A stretch of 32,000 nucleotides of DNA from Candidatus Saccharimonadota bacterium (GTDB lineage Bacteria > Bacteroidota > Bacteroidia > Cytophagales > Amoebophilaceae). Below the pieces are notes generated by a model, which ran no database searches, was not told the origin of the DNA, and saw nothing but the letters and a program-made list of their open reading frames with translations. Made by a program: the position numbers and the translations under genes. The DNA is taken from positions 240,001 to 272,000 of the forward strand of contig NZ_OW441264.1 of the NCBI RefSeq assembly GCF_936981045.1. The letters are read 5' to 3'. This document shows, piece by piece, positions 8,115 through 20,100 of this stretch (its first letter is position 1; every line of letters starts with the position of its first letter).

Positions 8115-8891
8115 TTACAAGATTTTAATTTTATTGAAAATATAGTGGTTATGCATTTCTACATAAGCGATTTGATTTATTTTATGTTCTATAGCTAAAG
8201 CAGCTGAATAATCACCCTTTACCCTTAATGGAAAACAATACCAACTTTTCGGATACCGATTTTGTTTACTAGCAAGCGCAATAGTATTTGCCCCCATGGT
8301 CTCAATGGTGTTAATCGGATAGGATAACCCCTGCCCATTTGCTTTAATCAATGATTCTTTTTTAGTCCATATATCGTAAAAAAAACTAACTTTTGCATCA
8401 CCATTCAGGCAAGTAAAAAAGCGATATTCTGTGGGAGTAAATACCAGATGAGCCAGCTCTTGCACTTCTAGATTCTTATCATGTAGTTCAATATCAATAC
8501 CCACTCTACTATCTAAAGCAATCGCATAACCAACTAGGTCATGCGAATGGGACATATTAAAGGTAATATTAGACTCCTTCAAGAAAGGTTTACCATAGGC
8601 TCCGTAGGAAAATATAATATCTTTTGGATGCTGCTTAGTGTAATAGCCTAATATATACCTTAAAATTCCATGTGAGATAATGTACTGCCTCCTTAAATGG
8701 TCCGTATAATATTTGCTGGCTTGAACTTGTTCTTCAGCTGCTAAACATTGAAGGAATGGGTTTATATTTAATTTGCACTCAGCTAGATTGACAATATAAA
8801 TAAACACTTTATTAGGGTTTTGATTGAATACCAACTGGTCTAAAAGTTTTTGTTCAAAAATACCAGCACATTCCATTAAACCCTTTAGCAT
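8115..8891 (-). CDS. Sfp-type 4'-phosphopantetheinyl transferase
   Basis: 258 aa track ORF with the canonical motifs: RRQYIISHGILRYILG, YGKPFL, FNMSHSHDLVGYAI, VGIDIE and WTKKESLIKANGQGL (W/TxKE(A/S)xxK). Confidence 0.88.
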   Translation of the reverse strand: MLKGLMECAGIFEQKLLDQLVFNQNPNKVFIYIVNLAECKLNINPFLQCLAAEEQVQASKYYTDHLRRQYIISHGILRYILGYYTKQHPKDIIFSYGAYGKPFLKESNITFNMSHSHDLVGYAIALDSRVGIDIELHDKNLEVQELAHLVFTPTEYRFFTCLNGDAKVSFFYDIWTKKESLIKANGQGLSYPINTIETMGANTIALASKQNRYPKSWYCFPLRVKGDYSAALAIEHKINQIAYVEMHNHYIFNKIKIL

Positions 8892-8988
8892 ATATTGCCC
8901 TAGCTTATGATTATTTCACTTTATGTCCTATAGCCCATATGCAAACATACACCAAGTATCAAGCAAAGCTGCTTTGCTTAGATTTTCC

Positions 8989-9201
8989 CTAATTAGAGGC
9001 AGTTAATTTGTCCATTTTTTCCCTAAGGCTTTTTGGTTTCATATCTGTCCATACCTGATTGATGTATTGCAAGCACTCCTCTTTACTACCTTTGGGCCTA
9101 ACCTGCTTCCAACCATGTGGAATGGGTTTCCATGCAAACCAAAGTGAATACTGTTCTTCCTCATTTATCAAGCATATATATGTTTCATGTTTGTCTGACA
9201 T
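8989..9201 (-). CDS. MbtH-like protein (adenylation-domain chaperone)
   Basis: 70 aa track ORF. NEEEQYSLWF-AWKPI-PHGW ... WTDMKPKSL matches the MbtH signature NxExQxSxWP-x5-PxGW...WTDxRP, with Pro replaced by Phe and Arg by Lys. Confidence 0.85.
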   Translation of the reverse strand: MSDKHETYICLINEEEQYSLWFAWKPIPHGWKQVRPKGSKEECLQYINQVWTDMKPKSLREKMDKLTASN

Positions 9202-9798
9202 AGTATATAATAATTTACTGGTTACATCTTGTTTGCGACAATGGACTTAGATTGGAGGATTGGTCATCCCCACAGTTGTGTTCTAAGCCCCTAAGTATAG
9301 AGTTAAAATAAACATTAAAATAGATACAGTACAAGACCCTAATTTAGCATAATCTTATTCTTGTCATAAATTATACTCTTAATCACATAAAAATAATTTT
9401 TTAAAAGAAGAATTTTTATATAAAATATCAGAGCATATTGCATAATACAATTTTTTTCCTTTTATATCGTACATAAAGCCTTGTTGAAATTAAAGGTCTA
9501 AGAGGAGCCTTAAAAAGCAGGAGCAAGGTTAGGAAATGAATGCATGGTAACCAATCAAAGATAAATATAGTCTTATATCGGTGAAATCATCATATCATTT
9601 TATTTTGGAGGCATCCTTTCCTAACTATATGGTACCTTCTAAAATATTTTTTTAATGCTTTTCCCTAACTTCCTAACGGAAAGACGGATTTGTTAAGAGT
9701 ACAGCAAGAGGCTCACTAACAGTGTATACATAAAAAATAGGTTTAAGTAAATTGAATATGCTGATTAGTTGGTTACATAACTAAAATGATAAAAAGTC
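9202..9798. promoter_or_regulatory. Divergent AT-rich intergenic region between the accessory operon (minus) and the NRPS gene (plus). It presumably holds both promoters and contains repeated CCTAAC motifs.
   Basis: 597 bp without a credible ORF, flanked by divergently oriented start codons (9201 and 9799). CCTAAC occurs at 9620-9625, 9664-9669 and 9672-9677, and inverted GTTAGG at 9528-9533. No promoter boxes could be assigned with confidence. Confidence 0.4.
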
Positions 9799-11100
9799 AT
9801 GGGACGATTATTATTATCACCTTTTCATAAAATATTTTTTTATGAATGGAAATTAGATCCATATAGAAGTGATTACAATATAGTATGGGATCAGGAGTTA
9901 ACAGGTAAATTAAATATATCTAGATTAAATGATGCTATTCAACGCTTTATTGCTGATCATGTAATATTAAATAGCCATATCGAAGAGATAGATGGAGAAC
10001 TATATTGGATAAAGAACCCTAAAATATATGCATTAACCCATTTTAAAAATGGATTAACCAAACAAGATGTATTAGCATATATACAAAAGCCTTGTGAGTT
10101 AACAAATGGCCCATTGTATAGATTTGGATTGGCAAAAACACAAAGCAATCAGTACAGGTTCATTATTGTTTTGCACCATATAGTTGTAGATGGATTATCA
10201 TTTGATCATTTTGTAAATGAGTTATCCAATTACTATAATAGCAAGTATTATACATCCGCTGTTTCTACTCAAGAGCAAGTATTAAAGATTTCAGCTTTAT
10301 CTGATACATTGGTAAAAAATTACCAACGCAACCATGCAACTAGCAAGTTATTTTGGAGAGAAAAATTGTTGGACAGCGAACCTATAGATTTAAGTTTTCT
10401 ACGCTTTAGATGCAACCATCCTATACAAGATGTATCTGGATGGTCAATCTCCGAGCTTACTGGTATAGGAGAGCTAAGGTTCAGCTTTGATCAAACAGTA
10501 TTATTGAAACTAGATAGGTTGAAAGAACAATGTAACATAACCCCTTATCTATTTAGTCAGAGTATATTTGCCCTTTTACTGTACAAATACACTGGCCAAA
10601 ATAATTTTGGCATAAGTTATCTAGTGCCCATTGAACAGGGAAGAGATTTCTTATATGGGGTCGGTTTTAATACCAATATCATTCTTTATAACTTTAGTCA
10701 AGTAAATAATATTTTAGATCTAATTGATCAATCTAAAGCATTTATCCAATCATTAAAATATGGGGTTGTTGACCATAGCTATCTACCTATATTTGATATT
10801 ATATCAGTATCCGACAAATCTCTATTAGATGTCCAGTTTGTTCAGACGAACTTAAAAGATAAGCCTTTTGCATTTAAAGGTATAACAGCACAGGTTCATA
10901 GTAATACTAATATTGATCTATCTACAAAATTATTATTTGAACAAGAATTTAGGGATAATCAAATTTGTTATCGAGTAAGGTATAGATTAGATAACATTAA
11001 CAGAGATTTATTAGATGACTTTATAGACAGCTATAAGCGGCTGTTTTTAGCCATCTTGGATGAATTGGTTGCTGTAAAGGATATAGCCAATTTAAAACCT
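9799..11100 (+). other. NRPS N-terminal condensation domain. It is a starter C domain by position, suggesting possible lipo-initiation.
   Basis: MGRLLLSPFHKIFFYEW... (the LSPxQ-like C1 region), with HHIVVDGLS at 10174-10200. It is followed directly by the first A domain, and no A/T precedes it. Sequence divergence from the four internal C domains is obvious. Confidence 0.7.
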
Positions 11101-14100
11101 ATTATATCTTACTTGCTACTTTCTAAGGAACAATATGATCAAATTGTTTACAATTGGAATGCTACAGATAAAGTATATCCAGCTCATAAGACTATCCATC
11201 AGTTATTTGAAGAGCAAGTAGCAAGAACCCCAGATCATATAGCAGTAGTATATGAAGATGTAAGGCTTACTTATAAAGAGCTAAATGCAAGAGCCAATCA
11301 GTTAGCCAACTATTTAATAGAACATTATCAGCTTCAACCTGATGCGTTAATAGCCTTATGTTTGGATCGCAGTGCGCATATGTTGATAGTGATTTTAGCT
11401 GTATTAAAAGCTGGAGGAGCCTATGTACCCATTGACCCAAGCTATCCTGATGAAAGGATTCAGTATATATTAGAGGATACGGGTACTAAGTTAGTATTGA
11501 CTAATGAGGTATACCAGAAAAGGTTAGAAGCTATTAATCAGTATAATTTGACCAATACAGCTGGAATAGCCAATCAGGAAGATATAGCAGTAAGTCAACT
11601 ATGCGACATCTTAGCTATAGATGGTAAGCCTTTAGGGGAACAATTATTGTTACAATCAATAGCTAATCCAAATACAGAAACAATAAGTACGCATCTAGCC
11701 TATGTAATTTATACTTCAGGAACTACTGGTAAGCCTAAGGGGGTATTACAACTGCATGGTAATATTATGAGGTTATTTACAGCAACAGATAATTGGTATC
11801 AGTTTAGTGATAAAGAGGTTTGGACATTATTCCATGCCTATATATTTACCTTTAGTGTGTGGGAGATATGCGGAGCATTACTTTACGGAGGCAAGTTGGT
11901 TATACCCTCCTATGAGGAAACAAGAGAGCTCAACTTGTTTTACGAGTTATGCAATAAGGAGCAAGTAACCATATTAAATCAAACGCCTAGTGCTTTTTAT
12001 CAATTTACAGAGATAGCTATTCGTAAGGAAAAACTAACCCACTTAAGGTATGTTATATTTGGCGGTGAAGCTTTAAAGCCCTTCCAATTACAAGATTGGT
12101 TTGCTTGCTATGGCTATGATCAGCCTAAGTTAATCAATATGTATGGTAGTACAGAAACTGCTGCGCATGTCACTTATAAACCAATAACACAACAGGATCT
12201 AGTAGCGTACTCATATATAGGTAAGATCATACCTGATTTAAAATCATATGTATTAGATACCACCTTAACTCCCTTACCAATAGGCACCATAGGGGAATTA
12301 TATATAAGCGGAGCAGGTCTGGCCCGAGGTTACTTAAATAGAGCCGATCTTACCGCCGAGCGATTTATGGCCAATCCCTTCCAAACTGAAGACGAAAGAA
12401 GATCAGGAAAAAACGCAAGGTTATATAAAACAGGAGATTTAGTTAGATGGTTACCTGATGGTAATTTGGAATATATAGGAAGGAATGATTTTCAAGTTAA
12501 GATTAGAGGTTATCGTGTTGAACTAGGAGAGATTGAAGCTGCTTTATCTAGTTATCCAGCTATTAAACAAAGTGTGGTACTAGCTAGAGAGCATAAGGAC
12601 AAGGCAGAGGGTGGAGTTGGTCATAAATATCTAGTGGGTTATTATGTAGCAGAGACTAGATTAGATGAAGGAGCAATACTTAATTATCTGCAATCTAAAT
12701 TACCAGACTATATGGTACCTGCTCTATTAGTACACTTAGATCAGCTACCCCTTACCATTAATGGTAAATTGGATAGAAAAGCTTTACCAGAGCCTGAATT
12801 TACCAATCAAGATAGTTATGTAGCGCCAAGGAATGAGCTAGAAAGAAAGGTATGCCAGATATGGGCAGAGGTATTGGGATTAGCTGCAGATAAGGTAGGC
12901 ATAGAGGATGATTTCTTTAGATTAAGGGGGGATAGTATTGTAAGTATTCAACTGGTCAGTAGATTAAGGCAAAAACTGGGATTACATATTCGTGTTAAAG
13001 ATATTTTTACTTATAAAACCATTGAAAAACTTTATGATCATGTCTTAAGTAAAAAGGTAGACAGTGATGCAGAGCTAAAAACTGAGCAAGGTATGCTAAC
13101 GGGTGAACTACCCTTACTACCGGTACAACAATGGTTCTTTGCACATAACTTTACTGCTGCTCATCATTGGAATCAAGCATTTCTAATCAAAACACCTAAT
13201 TTAGATTTAAATCAACTAGAAAAAAGTATAGCGCAACTGTTCCAGCACCATGATGGCTTTAGGTTAAGGTATAAGAAAGTAGCAGAGCAGGAGCATTATG
13301 GGCAATATTATGATGCAAATGCAGTAGTAGAACCACTAAAGGTGTTAGATGTTAGGACATTGTCAGTTAAAGAAGGTAGTAAATCATTTGAGGCTAAGTT
13401 ACGGGAAGTATTAACCGATTGGCAAAGTGAATTTGATTTGGAAAATGGACCAGTCTATAGCATAGGCTATATCCATGGCTATCAGGATGGTAGTAGCCGC
13501 ATCCATTTTTCCCTACACCATTTAATAGTAGATGCGGTAAGTTGGCGTATATTAGCTGAAGACTTAAGAGCTATTTACTACAGTAAAGATCTAGGTAGTA
13601 AAGGCAGTAGTAACCGCCAATGGGTGCATGCAGTAGAGGCATATGCCGTTAGCCACTCATCTGAAAAAGACTACTGGATCCATGTTTTATCCGATTACAA
13701 CAGCAGTCCATTGGATGTCTTGATGGTCAGTGAAACTACCTGCCACTACAGCAGCCTACAGCTAAGCAAGCAACAAACGGTCCGGTTGTTACAGGAAAGT
13801 AACCAAACCTATCATACCCAAATCAATGATTTATTACTGACAGCGCTTGGTTATAGCTTAGCTGAAATTACTCGCCATAAGGTTAACCATATTGTGTTAG
13901 AAGGTCATGGTCGAGAAGCTATTGATGGTAGTATTGATGTAACTAGAACATTGGGTTGGTTTACTACCATCTATCCAGTTCGCTTAGAGATTGGTGCATC
14001 ATTAGCAGATAGTATCAAACATACCAAGGAAAATCTAAGAAAGATCCCTCATAAGGGCATAGGTTATGGCACTTTATTGGGTTATAAAAAGGATCTCCCC

Positions 14101-17100
14101 AGGATAAGTTTTAATTACCTAAGGCAATTTGATAAAAAAGATGGAATAGATCAATGGCCTATTGTTGGTGAAGCGACTGGTGTAACCATAGATAGTGCCA
14201 ATCAAGATCCTTATATCATTAATATCAATGGCTTAGTAATCAATGGTCAACTGCAGTTTGATATATCTAGTAAGCTAGATACAGCCACTACCCAAAAACT
14301 GGCTCATACATTTAAGCAAAAATTGGAAGAGGTCATTGATCATACCATAGAGCAAACCAGAAGTTATTTAACCGTAAGTGATATAGATTACATCATCAGT
14401 CAAGAATGCTTGGATAGCTTACAAAGCGATAAAGAGGTAGCAGGAGTATATTTGGCCAATAGCCTACAGCAAGGCTTTATCTACCATGCCTTAAGCCAAG
14501 GAGATATCGATGATGCCTATCGCGTACAAGTGATTTGGGAATATCATACTCCATTAGATGTTGATCATTTAAAAGAAGCTTGGCTATTGGCTCAAGCTAA
14601 GTTTGGTAGTTTACGATTAAGGTTAGACTGGCAAGAGGAGTTGATTCAAATAATAGATAAGATAGGCCATTTAAATTGGCACTATATCGATGTAAGTCAA
14701 ACACAAGATCTGGTTGCCCAATCTACTAAGATTAAGCAAATTCAAGAACAAGATCGACAGGAACCCTATAACCTAGCCTTAGGTAATCTGTTTAGAGTAT
14801 ATTTAATTAAACAAAAGAAAGATTTATATACCTGCATTTTTAGTAATCATCATGCCATACTAGATGGTTGGAGCAACCAAATACTATTTAAATATGTGCA
14901 TGATACCTACTTAAAAGTACAGGCGCAAGCAGTCATACCATTAAAGGTAGATGTTAGTTATCCAGCTGCCCAGCAATACATACAGGCGCATCAAACAACT
15001 AATAAGGATTACTGGGATGCATATATAGCACAAATAGAAGAACGAACTGACTTAAGTGGATTATTATCCAGTAGTGGACAACAGTTACGCATCAACGAGC
15101 ATAGACATATCCGTAATCCTCAGGATCAAATAGTAAGCATTACAGGTAACCTGTATGATGGATTAAAACAACTAAGCCAAGTAGCAGGTGTAACCTTAAA
15201 TGCATTATTACAATATGTATGGCATAAAGTATTAAGTATTTATGGCAACAGTCTTCAAACGGTAGTAGGTACTACTGTGTCAGGTAGAAATCTTCCTATA
15301 GATGATATAGAACACTCAGTAGGGTTATATATCAATACCCTTCCTTTGGTAGTAGTCCATCAGAGTGATATAAGTGTTATAGAGGCTATCAGGAAGATCC
15401 AAAGCGATATCAATGAGATCAATAGCAGAAGCGATATAAGCTTGGCTAAGCTACAGAAAGAGGGTCAAAGGTTATTTGATAGCTTATTTGTATATGAAAA
15501 TTATCCTGATTTAATTGGTAAGGAAGCGCATGAAGATATAAAAATAAGCTTTAAAGAATTGGTAGAGAAACTAGACTATCCATTAGCAGTAACAGCTTAT
15601 GAAGCCAATCATCAGTTAACTTTTGCGCTTAAATATGCAGGGGAATTATTTAGTAAAGATACTATAGCAGATTTATTATTGATCGTTCAAGGCTTACTTG
15701 AACAAATAGCTGGTGATCCTGATCAGCAGGTATCTAATCTGGATTATCTTACCCCAGCACAGTATAATCAAATTATAGCTACCTGGAATGCTACAGATAA
15801 AGCATATCCAGCTCATAAGACCATTCATCAATTGTTTGAAGAACAGGTAGAGAAGACTCCAGGTCATATAGCAGTAGTATATAAGGAGGTAAAGTTAACC
15901 TACAGGCAACTCGATGAAAGCGCTAACCGGTTAGCTAACTATTTAATAAAACATTATCAGATTCAACCTGACGTGTTAATAGCCTTATTTTTAGATCGCA
16001 GTGAGCATATGTTGATAGCGATTTTAGCTGTATTAAAAGCTGGAGGAGCCTATGTACCCATTGACCCAAGTTATCCTGATAAGAGAATTCAGTATATACT
16101 AGAAGATACTGATACTAAATTAGTATTGACTAATCAGGTCCATCAGCAAAGGTTAGAAGCTATTAGTCAATATAATTTGACCAATACAGCTGGAATAGCC
16201 AATCAGGAAGATGTAGCAGTAAGTCAACTATGCGACATCTTAGCTATAGATGGTAAGCCTTTAGGGGAACAATTATTGTTACAATCAATAGCTAATCCAA
16301 ATACAGAAACAATAAGTACTCATTTAGCCTATGTAATCTATACTTCAGGAACTACTGGTAAGCCTAAGGGGGTAATGGTAGAGCATAAAGGAATAGTAAA
16401 TTATATTTTGAATTTTCAGAATTATATAGAGTTATCTTATAGTGAGAAAGTTGACCTGTCTTCAAGTCTTAGTTTTGATTTTACTGTTACAACTACATTA
16501 TGTAGTTTGTGTTTAGGGTTCCAAGTTGCTGTTTATGGTGGTCAATTAGAAGATTTGGAATCATACAGAAATTATCTAGTCAATAATTCAATATCTATGG
16601 TGAAGCTATCACCAAGTTATGGTGAGTTATTAATTGATTTTTTAAATGGTACACGAATTAATAAAGTTATATTTGGCGGAGAGAAATTAGGTGTCACTAT
16701 TCTAAGCAAGCTACCATATCTTAATAACAAGGTAAAAATATATGATGAATATGGTCCAACTGAAACAACAGTTGGTGTTTATTGCATTGAGATACATTCT
16801 AATGGTAATGTAGCTAAAAGAAATATATATGATAATTGTAAGTTATATGTGTTAGATACCACTTTAGCTCCCCTACCTATAGGAGCTATAGGAGAATTGT
16901 ATATAGGCGGAGCAGGTCTAGCCCGAGGTTACTTAAACAGATCTGACCTTACCGCTGAGCGGTTTATAGCTAATCCATTCCAAACTGGAGAAGAGAAAAG
17001 ATTAGGAAAGAATGCAAGATTATATAAAACGGGAGATTTAGTACGTTGGTTACCAGATGGTAATTTGGAGTGTATAGGAAGGAATGATTTCCAAGTTAAA

Positions 17101-20100
17101 ATTAGAGGTTATCGTATTGAATTAGGAGAAGTTGAAACTGCTTTATCCAGTTATCCAGCTATTAAACAAAGTGTGGTACTAGCTAGAGAGCATAAGGACA
17201 AGGCAGAGGGTGGAGCTGGTCATAAATATCTAGTGGGTTATTATGTATCAGAGACTAGATTAGATGAAGGAGCAATACTTAATTATCTGCAATCTAAATT
17301 ACCAGACTATATGGTACCTGCTCTATTGGTACACCTAGATCAGCTACCTCTTACCATTAATGGTAAATTGGATAGAAAAGCTTTACCAGAGCCTGAATTT
17401 ACCAATCAAGGTGGTTATGTAGCGCCAAGGAATGGGCTAGAAAAAAAGGTATGCCAGATATGGGCAGAGGTATTAGGATTGGATGAAGATAAAGTAGGCA
17501 TAGAGGATGATTTCTTTAGATTAGGGGGAGATAGTATTGTAAGTATTCAGTTGGTCAGTAGATTAAGGCAAAAGCTAGGATTACATATTGGTGTTAAAGA
17601 TATTTTTACTTATAAAACCATTGAAAAACTTTATGATCATGTCTTGAGTAAAAAGGTAGATAGTGATGCACAGTTAAAAACTGAGCAAGGTATACTAACG
17701 GGTGAACTACCCTTACTACCGGTACAACAATGGTTCTTTGCACATAACTTTACCGCTGCTCATCATTGGAATCAAGCATTTCTAATCAAAACACTTAATT
17801 TAGATTTAAATCAACTAGAAAAAGGTATAGCGCAATTGGTCCAGCACCATGATGGCTTTAGGTTAAGGTATAAGAAAGTAGCAGAGCAGGAGCATTATGG
17901 GCAATATTATGATGCAAATGCAGCAGTAGAACCACTAAAGGTGTTAGATGTTAGGACGTTACCAGTTAAAGAAGGTAGTAAATCATTTGAGGCTAAGTTA
18001 CAGGAAGTATTAGCCGATTGGCAAAGTGGATTTGATTTGGAAAATGGACCAGTCTATAACATAGGCTATATCCATGGGTATCAAGATGGTAGTAGCCGCA
18101 TCCATTTTTCCCTACACCATTTAATAGTAGATGCGGTAAGTTGGCGTATATTGACTGAAGATCTAAAGGCTATTTACCATGGTCATAAGTTAGGCTTAAA
18201 AGGCAGTAGTTACCGCCAATGGGTGCATGCAGTAGAGGAATATGCAGCTAGTCATGCATCTGAAAAAGACTACTGGATCCATGTTTTATCCGATTATAAC
18301 AGCAGTCCGTTGAATGGTTTGATGGTCAGTGAAACTACCTGCCACTACAGTAGTTTACAACTAAGCAAGCAACAAACGGTTCGGTTGTTACAGAAAAGTA
18401 ACCAAGCCTACCATACCCAAATCAATGATCTATTGTTGACAGCCCTTGGTTATAGTTTAGCTGAAATCACTGGCCATAGGGTTAACCATATTGTGTTAGA
18501 AGGTCATGGTCGAGAAGCGATTGATGGTAGTATTGATGTAACTAGAACATTAGGTTGGTTCACTACCATCTATCCGGTTCGCTTAGAGATCAGTGCATCA
18601 TTAGCAGATAGTATCAAGCATATCAAGGGCAATCTAAGAAAGATCCCCCATAAGGGCATAGGTTACGGCACTTTATTGGGTTATAAAAAGGATCTACCCA
18701 AGATAAGTTTTAATTACCTAGGACAATTTGATAAGAAAGATGGAACATTAGATGGATGGCCTATTGTTAGTGAAGCGGCTGGTATAACCGTAGATGGTGC
18801 CAATCAAGATCCTTGTATTATTAATATCAATGGCCTAGTAATCAATGGTCAACTTCAGTTTGATATATCCAGTAAGCTAGATATAGCCACTACCCAAAAA
18901 CTGGCTGACGCGTTTAAGCAAAAACTGGAAGAGGTCATTGATCATACCGTAGGGCAAACCAGAAGTCATTTAACCACAAGTGATATAGATTACATTATCA
19001 GTCAAGAGCGGTTAGATCTATTACAGGAATCCAGAGAAATAGAAGGAGTATATTTGGCCAATAGCTTACAACAAGGCTTTATCTACCATGCTTTAAGCCA
19101 AGGAGACATCGATGATGCCTATCGCATACAAGTGATTTGGGAATATCATACTTCATTAGATGTTGATCACTTAAAAGAAGCTTGGACATTGGCTCAAGCT
19201 AAGTTTGGTAGTTTACGATTAAGACTAGACTGGCAAGGGGAGTTGATTCAAATAATAGATAGGGTAGGTTACTTAAATTGGCATTATATCGATATAAGTC
19301 AAATGCAAGATCTGGCTGCCCAATCTACTAAGATTAAGCAAATTCAAGAACAAGATCGACAGGAACCCTATAACCTAGCCTTAGGTAATCTGTTTAGAGT
19401 ATATTTAATTAAACAAAAGAAAGATTTATATACCTGCATTTTTAGTAATCACCATGCCATACTAGATGGTTGGAGCAACCAAATACTATTTAAATATGTG
19501 CATGATACCTACTTAAAAGTACAGGCGCAAGCAGTCATACCATTAAAGGTAGATGCTAGTTATCCAGCCGCACAGCAATATATACAGACTCATCAGGCAG
19601 CCAATAAGGATTACTGGGATGGATATATAGCACAAATAGAAGAACGAACTGACTTAAGTGGGTTATTATCCAGTAGTGGCCAACAGTTACGCATCAACGA
19701 ACATAGGCATATCCGTAATCCTCAGGATCAAATAGTAAGCATTATAGGTAATCTGTATGATGGATTAAAGCAATTAAGCCAGGTAGCAGGTGTAACTTTA
19801 AATGCGTTGCTACAATATGTATGGCATAAAGTATTAAGTATTTATGGAAACAGTCTTCAAACGGTAGTAGGTACTACTGTGTCAGGTAGAAATCTTCCTA
19901 TAGATGATATAGAACACTCGGTAGGGTTATATATCAATACCCTTCCTTTGGTAGTAACCCATCAAGGTGATATAAGCGTTATAGAGGCTATCAGGAAGAT
20001 CCAAAGCGATATCAATGAGATCAATAGCAGAAGCGATATAAGCTTGGCTAAGCTACAGAAAGAGGGTCAAAGGTTATTTGATAGCTTATTTGTATATGAA

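Noticed and set aside
9059-10148. Track ORFs 9059..9250 (+) and 9957..10148 (-)
   Set aside because: They are antisense to the MbtH-like gene and to the start of the NRPS gene respectively. Both are short and lack motifs.
16740-16860. A2 lacks the usual IGxPIxN stretch before the YVLD motif (it reads VAKRNIYDNCKLYVLD) and is 10 codons shorter than A3
   Set aside because: This is a variable loop region. The flanking catalytic motifs (YGPTE, GELYIGGAGLARGY, YKTGDL, GKLDR) and a coherent Asn-like pocket are intact. I treat it as cassette-specific variation rather than evidence of inactivation.
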